The notes under the pieces are model-generated. The model was not told where the DNA came from. It ran no database searches and was given only the letters and a program-made list of their open reading frames with translations. Shown piece after piece: positions 1 to 11,586 of a stretch of DNA of 64,000 nt; the stretch's first letter is position 1; each line of letters starts with the position of its first letter. Source of the DNA: Psammoneis japonica (taxonomy: Eukaryota); the NCBI GenBank assembly GCA_008632985.1, contig QPGO01000053.1:124001-188000 (forward strand). The letters run 5' to 3'. Both the position numbers and the translations under genes were made by a program.

Positions 1-2662
1 CCATCCTGTGAACAACCACTGCATTGCCTTGCACCATGGATGGATCTTTGATTCCAACCACCCTTTTGCATTGCCAGCAAAGGACATCAAGTGTTTCAAT
101 TGTGGTGTCTTGGGAACGAGGAACATGAGGTGAAATGCGTGGTGAAAAAGCATCTGCAACAAGTGTTCATGGTGCACCAGTTCGAACTTCCCAGGGCGGT
201 GCAGCAGAAGTTGCGTGCAAAAAGGAAAGCTTTTGTGTTGGATGGTCAATCTAGTTGCACAACATTGCCATGTCATTTGTCAGAATTGTTGCTGTCACTG
301 TCCCCTGCTGTGCTCTCATCATCCTCCACAGTGTCTTCCATGTCGTCATTCTCTCCCCCCCACTCACCAGTTTCGATGTCTTGTTCCTCCACCTCGTCTG
401 AACAGTCCTCAAAACAATCCATTGCCTCCCGCTGTTGGATGGCATCCAGAATTCCTTCATGCTCATCATCACTCAAATGACGTGGATGAAGAAGTGAAGC
501 CTCATTCCTGTTGCACGTGCTTGGCAGTTCCAGATTGGCTGATGGTTCGTTGAGCTCAATGTTGGCAATTGCAATTTGCTTGAGCAACACTCTTGTCTTA
601 CATTCCTCAGCATCACCGGGAGTGCACCATCCTCTGGCCCATGGAACAGGGTTAAGATGCATTCCCTTGCAAACCCATTCACCGGCCTTGACAGTTGTGG
701 GTGGGTCAAACTCTTTCCAAACCTCGTCCTCCTGTGCTTTGTGGGGGAGTTCATCCCATTGCAGCAGATAGAATCCCTCCTCAGATTCACAAGACAAAGT
801 GGCATGGCTGTTTGGAACAATTTCCTTGGCCATTTCCTCAGCAAGGAAGTCCAACACAGATTTGTGAACCAACTGCACCTCGTTGGCATCACTCTCATCT
901 GTTTGAATCACCTGACACACTTGCCAATCGTTCAGTCCCTCAAAGATGGGCCACAGTTTGCAAGCTCGGTTGCCACCTGCACATCGTGGCTGCTCTGTTG
1001 GCTCAACATTTTTAACCCAAGGCCATTTCAGCTGATCCAGGCAGGCTTCACAAGCACAAGGAATTCTTCGCATCGCAACCCAACCAATGGGGAAAAGAAG
1101 TTCAAATCGGAAATGGTGCAAGGCTCCAATGCCACAATGGCGCATGCACACTTGCGCCAATCCAATCAACTTGACTTTGATTGAAGAGCCAAGAACTTCA
1201 TCAGCTTCCTGCAGACAATGCACCCTTTGCATTGACTTTCGAAGGGATTCCCTCTTGGCATGTTTTCTGTCACCAACTGCGCCGAAAGCATTCTTGTTCT
1301 TTGTGAGCATTTTGCAACATTCCTTTGCATGACTGTGTGCGGCTACAACACTGTTGTCATCCATGACCAAAGCTTCAGGTCTAATTTTCTTGTCCTTGTC
1401 ATTGACTCCTGCAACAGTTGTGGACTGCATTTCTCGATGTGCGAGTGATTTGATGCAGGCTCCAATGCCATCAACCTCTCCTTTGCCATGTCCAGTTGCT
1501 CCAATGGCACGGTCAAACACAATGTTGCATTTGTGCACAAAGACAGACAACAAGCACAGTGCCAAAGCACATCGGCATTGTTTGGCACAACCATCAGTGT
1601 GATCCCAAATCACAAGCCACACCTTGTGCAGGTTGCAGTTTTTTAACCAGGTGACAAACTTTTCCAAGTGAGCATTGGTGGTGGTGGCATCTTGCTTGGA
1701 AGAGTCAGAGAGATGCGCATGATGTGTTTTCTGAAGCTTGTTGTCAACCATTGCATCACAAACTCTTCCTTTGATTGACAATGTTTGGTTGTTGCCACAA
1801 TGGTTGCCCTGAACTTGTTTGTTGAACTCTGCCTTCTGATGCTCGGAGCAGTCATGAGACGTGAACAGGCTGTTGGGTGTTGACTCAAATGCTTTGCGAT
1901 GCATTTCCATGCAATGATTTTTCCCAAGAATGACCACGTGGGGAAGGTGGTGGCAGAGCTTCCCTAAACTTGGAATGCAGTGCTCTTTTGTAAAGACACC
2001 AACTGGTTTTCAGAACCTTGTCAACAAGGTCCTACGTTTCACCTTTGCGCCCTGGTTCCCATCTGGATCTGCCTCACAAACAGGACATGCTTCCATGTGC
2101 ACACCATGCTTGGAACAGCTTTTTACAGTCAAGTGACGTTGAAACAAAACTTGGGGCACACTGGGACTTTCATTCTGTTCCAACAATGGAGTTGGACAGG
2201 ATGGGCAATGCTCGCATTCACCCAAAACGCATTTCCAATGAGGATGATCCTGACCATTGACATCGCCACAAGTGATGGTTGCAACTGCATCTCGGGCTTT
2301 AGGATGAAGGTGATGGCCGTTGGGGCCAAACGCTTCCTCTTGACAGACACGCATTGTTTCCTCCAATTTGCCAAGGGCACTGTCATGGTTCTCAAGTTCT
2401 CAGGATCCTCACTCGCGAGCTTCAACCGATTTTGCTCCACCTCCATCTCTTTTAAAAGCTTCCTTCGAAACCTGTTCAATGCATCTTGTAGAAAATTGGC
2501 ATTGGTGCAATCGCTGCATTGACACATGCTGCGTTGACTTGCGCTCATTTTTCGACACTGCTTGGGAATCAAAAATCAAAACATCGTGTCACTGATGAGG
2601 GTCTTGCCATTGGCATCACGTGCATGTTCGAATCCGCCAACAGACACAGGCTTCAACATGTC

Positions 2663-3058
2663 GACGCGTTCCAGCCCTGGGTGGGAGCTCGTAGCACTGA
2701 CGTGTGACACAAATAATTTTTATCATCCGTCGTATGTTTTGCACGTACATTTCTACGTATAATATTTAAAAAAAATTGTCCAGACTCGCTGTTTTGCGAA
2801 GCCCCAGACGTTTTACATAACGAATTTATAGAAACAGTAATGCGCCAGTTACATTCTTCAATGTCTGAAGAATGTAACTGGCTAAGTAAAAAACGATGTA
2901 CTTCAATCATGTGCGAGTTTGTGCGTTCGCAAAATTGCCTCATTTTCTGTTGGCGAACATTGACATTCTAATTACTGTATAATTTTACTACGGAGCTCGC
3001 ACGTAGAATTCTACGGGCCCAATGTCACACGGATTCCCACCTACGTCTGGAACGCGTC
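2663..3058. mobile_element. 396-bp MITE, copy 1 (intact)
   Basis: Imperfect TIRs GACGCGTTCCAG-N5-GGTGGGA; 4-bp TSD TGTC (2659-2662, 3059-3062); second copy at 4923-5236 + 10082-10166 in the opposite orientation. Confidence 0.92.
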
Positions 3059-3759
3059 TGTCGTTGTGCAGCTCACGCATGGACACATTGCGCAACCATT
3101 TGTTCACTCGTTTCTTGTTTCCATCTTCATCTTTAATGAGAATCATGTCTCGTGTGTTGGGAGGCTGCACTGTGTCGGGATGATTTGACAACCAGTGCAC
3201 AAATGCCTTTCGGATCTCAGGGGGAACTTTGTGAGGACGCCGACGGGGTTGCACTGAAGACCACATGACATCGTCAGTGTTTAAAAGCAGTGCCTCTCTG
3301 GCAATCTTTCCCTTCTTCATTTGGCGATGAACAGTGCTCCGTCTCAGGCCAAGTGCCTTGGCGCAGTCATGGGAAGACAACTTTTCCTCTTCAGCAGATT
3401 TTTCTGGTGAGCCGGAGATTCCAGCTGCAAGAGCACGGACAAACGATTTTTTGTCGTCGGCGAGGTGTTGACCATTGCTGGTGTCGTTGGCACGTGCCCA
3501 CATTTTGCCCAACTGCTTGGCAATTTGCAAAGCCGCAGCATTTGTTTTCAGCAATGTCAAATTGCAAGCCTGAAGAAATGGGGCTGTTTCGGGAAAATGC
3601 AAAGCACACACAAACGCACAGATTTGTTGTTCTTGAGTGGCGGCGCAAGACAACACTCCTTCTCTCACTTTGACCGCTGCATGACAAAGTGCCTGTTGGG
3701 GATCTTTGTGGGTTGCTTTGAATGCATGAGGATCAAAAGTGGGGCAACCTTGGGAGGCA

Positions 3760-4190
3760 GTGAGGTTGACAGCAGTTGGGTTGGCCGAAGCGACAGAGGG
3801 AGTGACGGTGGCATTGTCAGAGTCAGGGTTGGAGGGAGTGGCGGCCGCTCCTGCAGTTTGCGTTTGGGAGGGGCCTGGAGGTCTTGGCAAGGACAACCCT
3901 GGACAATGAGTGGGGTGTTCCTTGGAGGGGTTTGGGTTGAAAGCAGCCAGGTCGGTGGGAGCAACGGAGGAAGTGACGGCGGCATTGTCAGAGTGAGGGT
4001 TGGAGGGAGTGGCGGCCACTCCTGCAGTGTGCATTTGGGAGGCGCCTGGCGGTCTTGGCAAGGACGACACTGGACAATGAGTGGAACAGGTGTTGGGTTG
4101 AAAGCAGCCAGGTTGGTGGGAGCAATGGAGGGAGTGACGGAGGCAGCAGAGCTCGGGTTGTTCGGATTGAAGGGAGTGGCTGCAGCTGCT
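3760..4190. repeat. ~160-170-bp tandem repeat (~2.4 copies) in the Pro/Ala/Thr-rich N-terminus of the Sola2-like transposase
   Basis: agtgacggNggca recurs at ~3800, ~3971 and ~4132; peptide SLPRPPGxSQxxTAGxAATPSNPxSDNA is repeated. Confidence 0.85.
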
Positions 4191-5236
4191 TCAGCTGCAG
4201 CAACGACATGGTCGGAGACCGTGTCGTGTGTTTCAAGTTCACGACGAGGCTTCTTGTTTTTGCTGTTGCCAGTCCCTGACTTGTGTCGATGGCCAACTCC
4301 ATTTTGCTTCTTCCTCTTGTTGCCCATGATGCACTGGAAATTTGATTGAAAGTGTGCATCGAGAGGGCTGGTGGATGAGACGGATGGCAAGTCGAGAGGA
4401 CACATTTTTTTGGCGTGCTCAATCAAATTAACTCCATTGTGTCTGTAGAAATGAGGCATGTTCGGACGTCAGTTGAGTTGAAGAAGACCAAACACACAAG
4501 CTCCAAAAAATGAAAAAGTGAGTGATCACGAGCATTTTTCACGCAGAGTGGGACACCAGCCGAAAATTACATTTGGCACAATTGACTCCCCAATTTTTGA
4601 TCATTTCGAAAATCAAAAGGTGAGTGTACACCCGAAAACACATGTAAAGTGTACACTCACCCTTCGATTTGGCAAAAAACGGATTTTGAAAAAGTCATTT
4701 GCACTGAACCTAAAAATGAATCGAACCCACGCGGAGCGCCTGGAGCTGGAACAGGCCTGACGACAGTTGCGTGACAAATTCCCAGAGTGCATTTTCATTG
4801 ACCAGGCATTGCTCAACAACCACCAAGAGTTTTGGAACAATCAACGGCAACAATGTTTTCTGCAGAATGAGCACTTTCTAATGGAGTTGCTTTTGTTTTC
4901 ACACCTCAAGCAAACTGCTGATGACGCGTTCCAGACGTAGGTGGGAATCCGTGTGACATTGGGCCCGTAGACTTCTACGTGCGAGCTCCGTAGTAAAATT
5001 ATACGGTAATTAAAATGTCAATGATCGCCAACAGAAAATGAGGCAATTTTGCGAACGCACAAACTCGCACATGATTGAAGTACATCATTTTTTACTTAGC
5101 CAGTTACATTCTTCAGACATTGAAGAATGTAACTGGCGCATTATTGTTTCTATAAATTTGTTATATAAAACGTCTGGGGCTTCGCAAAACAGCGAGTCTG
5201 GACAATTTTTTTAAACATCACACGTAGAAATCTACG

Positions 5237-8200
5237 CACCACGGTTCACCCATAACATTAGCGTCTGTAGAGCGATTTTTTTTGTACGAGCGTAGAATCA
5301 GTACCAAGATTTTGTGTAGGCTTGTGACGACACGACGTCGCACATTTTTTCCGCCTTTCGCTCATTTTTCGTTCGCATCCGAAACCTTCACCATGACGCT
5401 TCGAAGTGTTTCGACGGCCGTTGTAAGTGTTACATGTACAGGCGATCAGTTTATTGCATTATTGACATTCAAAGTCATACCTCACATTGCTTGTTTGTTT
5501 GAAATTGCTTGGAAAGTAAAGAAATTCAGTTGCCAACAACGGGGAAGTAATGTGCAAACAGTTTTAGGGTGCCAACAAGTGTCGCGGCGGGGTTTCGTGT
5601 CGGTTCATCTTGTTGAACCGAGAGCTGGAACATTGTTTCTTTCTCATAATCAAGGTGAGCTGCATGTGACCATTGCAATTCCAAGCAATGCCAAAATGTT
5701 GAAATGTTCTTTTCCATTTTCTCAATTGAAGTTTCTCCTCTCTTTTGCACTCTGAAGAAGAAGCAACAGCACTCGATTGATTTTTGCTTCTGTTGCGGCA
5801 GCAGGGTCTAATGCTGTCATGTGATGATGCAAGAAGGCGAGTGCGGAGGATCTGGGATGAATTGTTGATCCGCTGGTTTGTTGCTTGCTCCGTCAGACAT
5901 CAGTTGTTGCACCAGTCGATTCCACCCGCTGCGCCGAGGAGAAAAGGTGAGAAGTCTTGTCAGTTTTCGTTTCATTGCGGTGCAAAGCTCTTGAATTGTC
6001 GTTTGGACATGCAAGAATGCGCAAGTGTGGTTTGGAGTTTTGCCATTGACTGAATCTTGCTTTTTCTTTCGATGCTGTGCTCAGGTCGGTGTGAGCATCA
6101 AATGGAGCCCACCACGAATCCGGCACCTTCCCCCCCCTCGGCCATGTGGTAGACTTCCTTCCAGTCTAGACACATGAGGGTGCCATCAGGGGTCTGGAAG
6201 CATTCCCCTCCCTCCACCATCTCAGCCAATTGATTCGCCACAGCCACATCATCATTCGCTCTTGTTTGGCTTGAAACGTTGTAAGTGCCGCGCTTCTTCC
6301 CTGTTGCGCTCTTTTCAACAACGGCTTTTGCTTCTGACACGTCTTCTTTCAATCCATTGTGTGGTCTCTGGCACATTGTGTTGATTCGTTGTGTTGTGGA
6401 TGCCACAGACTTGAGCATGTGTCGCATTTCATTTGCGACTGGATGGGCATTCTCGAAGCCCTCCTTGGACAATCTGCCATGCATCCGCCACCGTTCCAAA
6501 AAGCCACACACGTGGGCTTCAAGATGATGAAGCTTGAGGAAGACATTGACCCCAGGGAAGCACTTGCGCCAATTCTTGGACAGTTGGAATAACGCATTCT
6601 TCAACTGCACAAGATCTCGGTCTGTTGGTTTCTTTTGGGATTTCAGAATCTTTGAAACTACGAGCAACGGCCGCGCAACGTTTCTAGAGCTTTCCATTGG
6701 CTCTTTTAAAAGATCATGTAAGTTTTGCTGTTGGTCATCACCTGCATGGCACTGCACCACATTCTCACAAATGGTGTCCCACTTTTCTAAAGATTTCATT
6801 CCGTCCGCGTGGCTCAACTCGCAATCGCTGTGCTCCGCACGAAACCTCACCTGCGCCAACACCTCAAAGCTCTTGTTGTGTGCAAACTCGCCTCTCCCTT
6901 TTGGCTTCTTGCCATTCTTGTCACGGCATGATTGCAGAGATGACAGAAATCGAGCAAGTCCCTCCTGTGACCCATGCTCCTGTCCCAAGTTCGTCATCTC
7001 GGCAGCATGATGGGCCACCCAAACCTTGGCATGCTGCAACTGTTCTTGGAGTTGTTGCACTCGTGCTTCATCTCGGTTGTCTCTTGCCATTTCCTTCTCA
7101 AGGTCCTTTTCTAATTTCCTTTGTGACCTGACATGCTGACTTGAATTCCTTCTTGCCTTCAGCCATCCTGGACACTTCTCCTTGATGCGATTCTCTGCCG
7201 CGGCATGCACACGGTCGACCTCAGCACTCCATGCTGAATTCTTTTCAATCAAACGCATGCGCTTCCTGATTTCATCGGCAAAATGAGTGAAACGCCTTGT
7301 GGCGCGTGCACGGGTGCCATCGTTTCCTTGTGAGGCGGTGCTCTCAAAAGGGGAGCCTTGTGAACGCTCCCGCATGCAAGCCTGTCTTCTTTGTTGGACG
7401 ACGGTAAGTTTCCGTTGAGGGTGCGTTCGGTCCACTTTTGATGAAGCAAATGATTGGCATGATCTCCTTCACGCACAGGGGCTGGTGTGCACTTGACTGT
7501 CGCCATCTCATTTTCGACATCCATTGCTTGAATCCATTTGGGGATGTGGCTTGTAAAGTTCACGTGATCTTCCATGCAAATCAAACAGTTGCATTGATTG
7601 GATGCAGTGCCTTGGCCAGAAACTGTCAGCGACTGCTTTGTGTCGTTGCTCGGAAACCCGATCATTTGCTGGAATGTCGCGTTGATGTTCCCATTGTCCC
7701 CCACTGCGAGTTTGCCTTCTTCGAACTCATGGCGACACACAATTGGCCCGGTGGCACCGACCGAAAGTCTGAACCCGTCACATTCACTGGAAGTTCCATT
7801 CGACTTTACCAACGTGGCGACGAGCTCAATCTTGTTCCCTGGAGCAGTCGCGCAGCTTGAGAGATCTGCCGTGTCAGGCTGTTCTTCATTTGCTTCTTGC
7901 TCTGCCGGCAAAGCGGCATCTGAAAAGGAGGCGTCGACTGCAATGCTGTCAAACGACACTGAATGTTCAGCATTGCTTGAAGAGGAAATGAACTTGACGG
8001 AAGCGCGTTTGCAACAGCTGCGTCCATTGCCGGCGATGAATGTGATCATGTGGAGGGCATCATCCAACAGATCTTGAAAGAATGCTGCCGTTGGAAACAT
8101 CACATCACAGGCAGAGGCTCGAAGGTTGAACTCGCATTCTGCTGCACACTCGCACTGGCACAGGGGCTGGCAATTTGTTCCTTTATTTCCGTCTTTGCGA

Positions 8201-10081
8201 TTTGCCACGCGAATCAAAAGGGTGAATGCATCACCTCCTTTGTCACTGCCAAATGCTGCCACGAGTTTGTTCGTTTTGGAACTGAAGGACTCGGATTTCT
8301 CGAATTTGCCAGCAATGTGGCACACCTCGGCAAGCTTCTCCAAAACACGTTGCGGTTGCTTTGTCCACCAAAATGCCCTCAGAGCTTTCTTGTTTCCGTT
8401 CTTGTCTATCATCATGGGTGTTAGAGTCACTCCATGCGCCAGACTGCCTTTTGATTCGCATCGTGAGATTTTTTTCTTCAGCTGGGTAGAGAATGTTCGA
8501 ATGTTGAGATGAGCCTGAATGAACCTGTCCAGCCGCAGCACTCCGTTTAGACTCATCTTGACACAGTCTCTAAGTGCTGCGACCCTTGGCTCATCGAGCA
8601 CGAGATCTTGTGTGCGAATTAGAGCACAATCGAAACTGCTTGCAACCAGTTTCAAAAGGGTTTGGTCCTCATCGCTGTTTTCTTGAAGCAGTTCAATTGT
8701 TTGGTTGACTGTCTTTGACCGATTCTTCGCATTTCGTGCACTTGTTTTCGCTGTGGGTTTTTGTGGTTTCGGCAACGCCGCATGCAGTCTCTCTGTTTTG
8801 CGGTTTGCCTTGTCCAGGACGGTCAACTTTGTGATTGCGCTTCCGGATTGATCAGACAATGATTGCAGCATTAGATGGGCAAGTGTCTGCAATTCTACAG
8901 ATGGCAGAAAATCCTTGTCATCACGCACTGTCGCAAGCAACTGTGTTGCTGCACTAGTTGCAGTCGGTCCACCTGTTTCAACAGATGACAACAGCATGCT
9001 GCAACCAACTCGAGAGATGCCTTTGAGACGAGGAAACTTTGTCGGGCCTTGCGCCACATTACAAGGGCTCGGTGTGACTGTTTGTTTCCTGCCAGCGTCT
9101 TCCTCGCTTGGATTGCAAGGGCTTGGCGTGACTGTGCGTTTCCTGCCAGCATCTTCCTTGCTCTGGAAGCTGCCATCCTGTGCGTCGCAACGGCTTGAGT
9201 CCATTTCTTCGGCGGTGGGGGCAACATTTGCAGCATCAAGGGCACCTTCTTCAGTGACAGCTGCTTTGGAATTCAAAGAATGACTGGAGAGGAAACTCAT
9301 TTGATCCTTGTTAGAAGCAATGACAAGATCACAAGGTGCACAGTTTGACGGTTTTGGGATGAGAGCATTGTCGTCCCTGGCTTCTAGCACGGTGACAAAG
9401 AATGCACCAGAATGCTCTCCAAGTTTGAGCATTGGAAATCTCTGAAGAAGCTTGTTGACATGACAAAACTTAGTGAACGCCAAGTCAAACGCATCCTCGG
9501 TGATGTCGAGCTGCTCCAGAAGAGTGACAGCTTTGGGGAAGCGCTTTCTTTGTTTCTTGTTGAGCTTGGGGGGCCACCACAGTTTCCCAGGACGAAACTC
9601 CATGTTCTTGATTTGTTTTTGCATGTGGGCAATGAAAGACTCCAACCGAGCCACCACTTCTGTGCCAAAACAAGCGACAAAAAAAGCGCATTGGTTGGCT
9701 GCAAGGAATGCATCGAAACAGGATTCCAAAAATGTGTCGGCGACAGCAACAACATTCCCGCTTCCAACCCTCGGCAAAGGCTGGCCATGTGAGCTCAACA
9801 CATGCCAAGGTTCGCATGTGGGGCCGTCATGCCGAGGGTGTTCATGCCTTTACTCGACATTGCGCAACGTTTTTCGCTCATCGTCGATGCGAAAAAAAAA
9901 AGTGTGTTGTGTTGCGATCTTTGCTTCTGGTGCATCACTCGTAGATTCTACGTTCTCCCTTCGACAGGTGTTTTTCGCTGAGAATTCCAAATTCCCAATG
10001 ATGGTCTGCATGTGCCACCAAATGTTTTTAGTCAAATGATTTGACGCCAATGCCACCTCACGCAGGAGTTGAACCGTGGTG
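5237..10081 (-). mobile_element. Chapaev/Transib-like (RAG1-type transposase) DNA transposon, 4845 bp
   Basis: 12-bp TIRs CACCACGGTTCA (5237-5248) / TGAACCGTGGTG (10070-10081). 4-bp TSD TACG (5233-5236) / TGCG (10082-10085). The empty site is visible in MITE copy 1. Confidence 0.85.
6098..9801 (-). pseudogene. RAG1/Transib/Chapaev-type DDE transposase (~1200 aa; frameshift near 7295)
   Basis: FGSDKGG (first D); NDTKQSLTVSGQGTASNQCNCLIC resembles RAG1 [40 protein letters not shown]...GRLSKEGFENAH resembles RAG1 HKTLAHV...GAWASEGNESGN. No Tyr in the 850-aa ORF. Confidence 0.8.
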
Positions 10082-10170
10082 TGCGTGCGAAACATGCGAT
10101 GGATGATAAAAATTGTTGTTGTCACACGTCAGTGCTACGAGCTCCCACCTGGGGCTGGAACGCGTCTGAT

Positions 10171-11586
10171 GTGGGGTGCCATTCAGACATGACCACAGGC
10201 TGGGAGGGGGGCACGCAAACATTTGATCACCTGCACATGTGTTGCCTTCTTGAAGGCACGCAATGGCATTCGTCAGAAAGTGCATGACACGGGTTTGAGC
10301 AAAGACAAGATCTGCATCAACCCCAAGCTTCTTTGTGTTCTTCACCGCCAGGAGTGGGGGCAGCTGCTCCGGTCTTGCGTGTCCATGCTCAATTGCTTCC
10401 CGGGTGCTGTTGAGGTTGTCATTCTCGTTTTCTAAGCCACTCAGGGCTGGAAGAGGTTCATGCCTCGTCTGAATGCAGAACCAATGCCCACTGAACATTG
10501 AATCAGCACATGATGCAAAAACTCATCCAAAGCGTTGCAAACACAAATCACGAATGCACTCATCCCGCTGGCTCCACTGATGCAGAGTCGGACCCTGTTC
10601 ATGTGCCGATGTGGGGCCAAAAGTTGCCAACGTCATGCCACATGGATCGCATTGAGTGAGCATCTTAATGGCATGGGTGTGATGATGCCCGTCCCAAACA
10701 GCTCACTGCATCATGTGTGCAAAAAGATGTCGGGCCCCATCATCTGCACTCGCTGGTCCAGATCCAAGATGGCAACACTGGCAGATGGATGTGTCAATGA
10801 AGGAGCATGTGTCTGGCTCCCTGCGTTTCGGTGCACCGACGTGGTTCCATGACACCTGTCGCCGCACTCCTCCTGCCGTGCATGTTTTCTTCTTCTTAAG
10901 ACAGGCACAGATTTTGTCACGAAACATGGGAAAGCATGGAACCCACATGGCAATTGCCTCTGGCCCAATCAAGTGATGGAATTTCACATCAAGACACATC
11001 ACAAGAAATCGGCATCCTTTTTCCCACCTGTTCTCGGAACCCCAAAATCCATCGAATCGGCAAGCTTCTTGTGAGCCACAGTTGTGGACATTTTGGAAAG
11101 CATGCAGATGAGAAGCTCCTCGGAGGTAAAATGGCAGAAACTCCCATTGTGCTGCTGACTGTTTTGAGGAACCCAAACATCCTTGTCCAATTCAAAAATT
11201 TGCAACAAAGCCCGGAGTTCACCCTTTGAGAGCCGTGTCTCTTGGTCTGATCGATCGTCACATTTCAAGAAATCAATTGATGTGTCCTGATTTTTGGGAA
11301 TAAGATGACCAGACATTGCACCTTGTTCATCCAGATCTGGCAACGCCTGATCAAGCTCCACACACACAATTGCGAGATCAAAGCGCCTGCATGCTTTCAC
11401 AATGTGCTGGAGGGCGAGCAGGATTAAAGCCCTGATTGACAATGCTGCCAATGACTCTGCATTTTCTTTTGTCACATTCAATGCCACCTTTCCCATCCCA
11501 AGCTGCATCTCATAACTTTTCAGGTGCAAAACAAGACCCTTCTGCACCTGCTTTGCACACATGCACTCTTTGACCGTGGACGACAT
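10171..11586 (-). pseudogene. PIF/Harbinger (HARBI1-like, DDE_Tnp_4) nuclease
   Basis: Motifs SEELLICMLSK, SFIDTS, WDGHHHTHAIK..PCGM..FGP, ADS, REAIEHG and LTNAIACLQEGN..F.CPPPSL, with frameshifts and in-frame TGA stops. Confidence 0.75.

Larger units (their letters stand above)
273..4327 (-). pseudogene. Sola2-like DDD transposase, broken by frameshifts, a stop and a MITE insertion
   Basis: Pieces 3665-4459, 2988-4070, 2129-2572, 2010-2366 and 273-1937. Motifs WDHTDGCAKQCRC and GATGHGKGEVDGIG. Removing the MITE plus one TGTC restores ...MRELHND-MLKPVSVGG... Only 1 Tyr in the 554-aa piece. Confidence 0.75.
1..4728 (-). mobile_element. Sola2-like DNA transposon (decayed; far end outside window)
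   Basis: Carries a transposase with DGCxxQ / GHGKGxxDG motifs. Putative terminus GGGTTCGATTC (minus strand) ends at 4728, after which an unrelated reading frame begins. Subterminal hairpin gtgagtgtacac...gtgtacactcac at ~4620-4660. Confidence 0.65.
4923..10166. mobile_element. MITE copy 2, split into 4923-5236 and 10082-10166 by the CAC...GTG transposon
   Basis: 4923-5236 is the reverse complement of ~2744-3058 and 10082-10166 of 2663-2747; TSD TGAT at 4919-4922 and 10167-10170. Confidence 0.9.

Noticed and set aside
2748..5232. Long inverted repeat read as TIRs of one element or an invertible segment
   Set aside because: It is two independent MITE insertions in opposite orientation, each with its own TSD.
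4923..10166. A single 5.2-kb autonomous parent of the MITE
   Set aside because: Inner CACCACGGTTCA TIRs, the TACG/TGCG TSD and the empty site in copy 1 show an independent element inserted into a MITE.
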